NCBI GenBank assembly: GCA_030747485.1
Contig: JASLKP010000006.1
Location: 608-64,607 of the forward strand
Direction of reading: 5' to 3'
DNA from: Candidatus Thalassarchaeaceae archaeon
Lineage (GTDB): Archaea > Thermoplasmatota > Poseidoniia > Poseidoniales > Thalassarchaeaceae
DNA length: 64,000 bases
Shown: positions 62,204 to 64,000 of the stretch, piece by piece
Numbering within the stretch: the first letter of the stretch is position 1
How the letters are laid out: each line of letters opens with the position of its first letter
Notes under the pieces: model-generated
Database searches by the model: none
What the model was told of the DNA's origin: nothing
The model's input: the letters and a program-made list of their open reading frames with translations, nothing else
Program-made: the position numbers and the translations under genes

Positions 62204-64000
62204 ATTCTTCTTCGTCGGCACCGCGAGAGGGTATCATGATCCAATTCAATCCAGTTCCAATCAGGAGAAGACTCCAACCAAACCATACCAAATGGCTACC
62301 AGTCAAATCGTACACCGTAAGTCGAATACTACCAACATCTTCACCAGTCTGCATCCAAGATACAATGCCCAACTCCTGTGCCTGATTAACGTCGAAGATT
62401 ACAATCAAATCACCCTGTAAACGATGCCAAGTATCAGTTTCGGACCTCGCTGGGATACCACCTTCATCAAATCGAAGCATTCCAGGAGATAATGTTGTCA
62501 ATATTGGACCATTTTGTGTACCTCTTACTTCTATGGTCACTTCGATTAAGCCATCGCCAACATTACTCTCCCAATCATCATCTCCAGGTTGTGTAGATGT
62601 CAGATTAGTAAAGGTGTACCAATATCCTCGATGTTCAATTGGAGCATCATGAGGTAGAACGACAACATGACTTGAATCACCTCTTTGGACAAGTGTTGTT
62701 GTGAATACATGACCTAGCAATAACAAGATGATACCCAAATGGGCAACATGCATTGAAATGCGACGCACATTCAATGGATTTGAGCGTTGTTCAAAAGAAC
62801 CCCATCTAATCCAAATCAACCTAACTAGAGGGGGGATCGAGACAATAAGAAGAGGCATGGCAAAGCCTGCTACCATTCCGCGTGTGAGATAATCAGAGAA
62901 GTAATGATCCGAATCACCAGGGAGGGTATCACCCCACAGTTTGGCAAAAACCAGTGAAAATAATAGCACCCCTGAAAGAATCCACGGGATTTGTGAAGGG
63001 GGTACGACTTTGCGCCATGCGTATACAGTCAAACCAAGTGCACCTAAGCACAAAATCGGTAAGCCAAACATCTCGTGAGATGCTAGATTTTCTCCATCGA
63101 CTTCTGAAATTAGTAACAACCAAGTTAGCAAGAGGAACGGCCCAACGATGGCTAACGGCGTCCACATAATCAATCGTTGTTGCCACTTTCCATCACTCCA
63201 ATTCATTGGTACATCTTCGCTATCACGATCCAACAACCAAGGTAAAAGGAATATCAACATGCCAATGAATGCATAGAACCGAGGTAACAAAAATGCCCAG
63301 GAACTGAATAACATTAGCATTACACCCGATGCCATCCAAATTGTTCTCTCTCGCGAGTCTCTATGGCTCCACAATAAGAATAAGAAAAGGCCAGCGAGTA
63401 ATCCCACCTCTAGAGAATCTAGTAGAATCCCTACGAAGGAACCAATGAGCATGACGAGAGGAGTCCAATTCCTCACGCGCGCGCTAGAAAAATGCCGAAC
63501 GACCAACCACATAATCAAAGCAAGCACGATTAGATAGACGTGGACCTCCAAACCTGGTGCATTTGTAAATCCAATTTCCAGAGTTCTCTGGACTGGACCC
63601 ATAGTCGAATCTTCGGGTTGGTCGGCAACGAAGGCATGGATGCTTTCCCACACACCATTAGCACGTGTGACCAATGTTGCATGTACAGCAAAAAAGGCAG
63701 GTAAGGCGCCGAGGCCAACAAACCAACGGTCATCACCAGCAATTCCTTTTGGCAATCTAAGATGCAGGAGGAGAATCAGGGTAAGCCATGGCAATAGTGA
63801 ACCAGTCTCAACAGGATCCCATGCCCAATAACCACCCCAATCAAGAACGGTATAGGCCCACAATCCACCTAATCCAACACCAAGAGTGCCTACGAATAAT
63901 GCCGGACGTGCCAGATGAAGTATGCGGTTACGAGCAGGAGGACCGGGGACAAGCATCGCTGTAATCGCATGTAAACCAACTCCAACACATAGAGTATAGA
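62202..64000 (-). CDS. ccmF: Cytochrome c biogenesis protein CcmF/CcsA family (5' end outside the window)
   Basis: WAYTVLDWGGYWAWDPVETGSLLPWL (WWD domain), SIHAF, AHLG; frame open to the window end. Confidence 0.85.
   Translation of the reverse strand, partial: YTLCVGVGLHAITAMLVPGPPARNRILHLARPALFVGTLGVGLGGLWAYTVLDWGGYWAWDPVETGSLLPWLTLILLLHLRLPKGIAGDDRWFVGLGALPAFFAVHATLVTRANGVWESIHAFVADQPEDSTMGPVQRTLEIGFTNAPGLEVHVYLIVLALIMWLVVRHFSSARVRNWTPLVMLIGSFVGILLDSLEVGLLAGLFLFLLWSHRDSRERTIWMASGVMLMLFSSWAFLLPRFYAFIGMLIFLLPWLLDRDSEDVPMNWSDGKWQQRLIMWTPLAIVGPFLLLTWLLLISEVDGENLASHEMFGLPILCLGALGLTVYAWRKVVPPSQIPWILSGVLLFSLVFAKLWGDTLPGDSDHYFSDYLTRGMVAGFAMPLLIVSIPPLVRLIWIRWGSFEQRSNPLNVRRISMHVAHLGIILLLLGHVFTTTLVQRGDSSHVVVLPHDAPIEHRGYWYTFTNLTSTQPGDDDWESNVGDGLIEVTIEVRGTQNGPILTTLSPGMLRFDEGGIPARSETDTWHRLQGDLIVIFDVNQAQELGIVSWMQTGEDVGSIRLTVYDLTGSHLVWFGWSLLLIGTGLNWIMIPSRGADEEE

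Overview
Gene-dense, chromosome-like archaeal DNA, most likely Marine Group II Thermoplasmatota (Ca. Poseidoniales). This assignment is inferred from the archaeal core genes (Hjc, CDC48, Lhr, Sec11-type signal peptidase, MC1, presenilin homologue, PyrB/PyrI) together with very large anchored surface proteins and bacterial-like catabolic genes. The window holds about 49 CDS and one tRNA-Gly(CCC). I saw no rRNA, CRISPR array, integrase or transposase. The most striking non-gene signal is a dispersed family of 15-19 bp perfect palindromes: nine copies, eight at gene boundaries or promoters, with unrelated 6-8 bp stems that all close the same C-RTA-G triloop. This points to a structure-based (DNA hairpin/cruciform) signal. 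Other candidates are a Roadblock + (DUF2226-like/Roadblock/coiled-coil) operon without a GTPase, a mycobacterial Sdh1-type succinate dehydrogenase, a presenilin with a large inserted soluble domain, and a TIGR03790 protein with nested domain insertions. All family assignments come from motif recognition by eye; no database searches were run.
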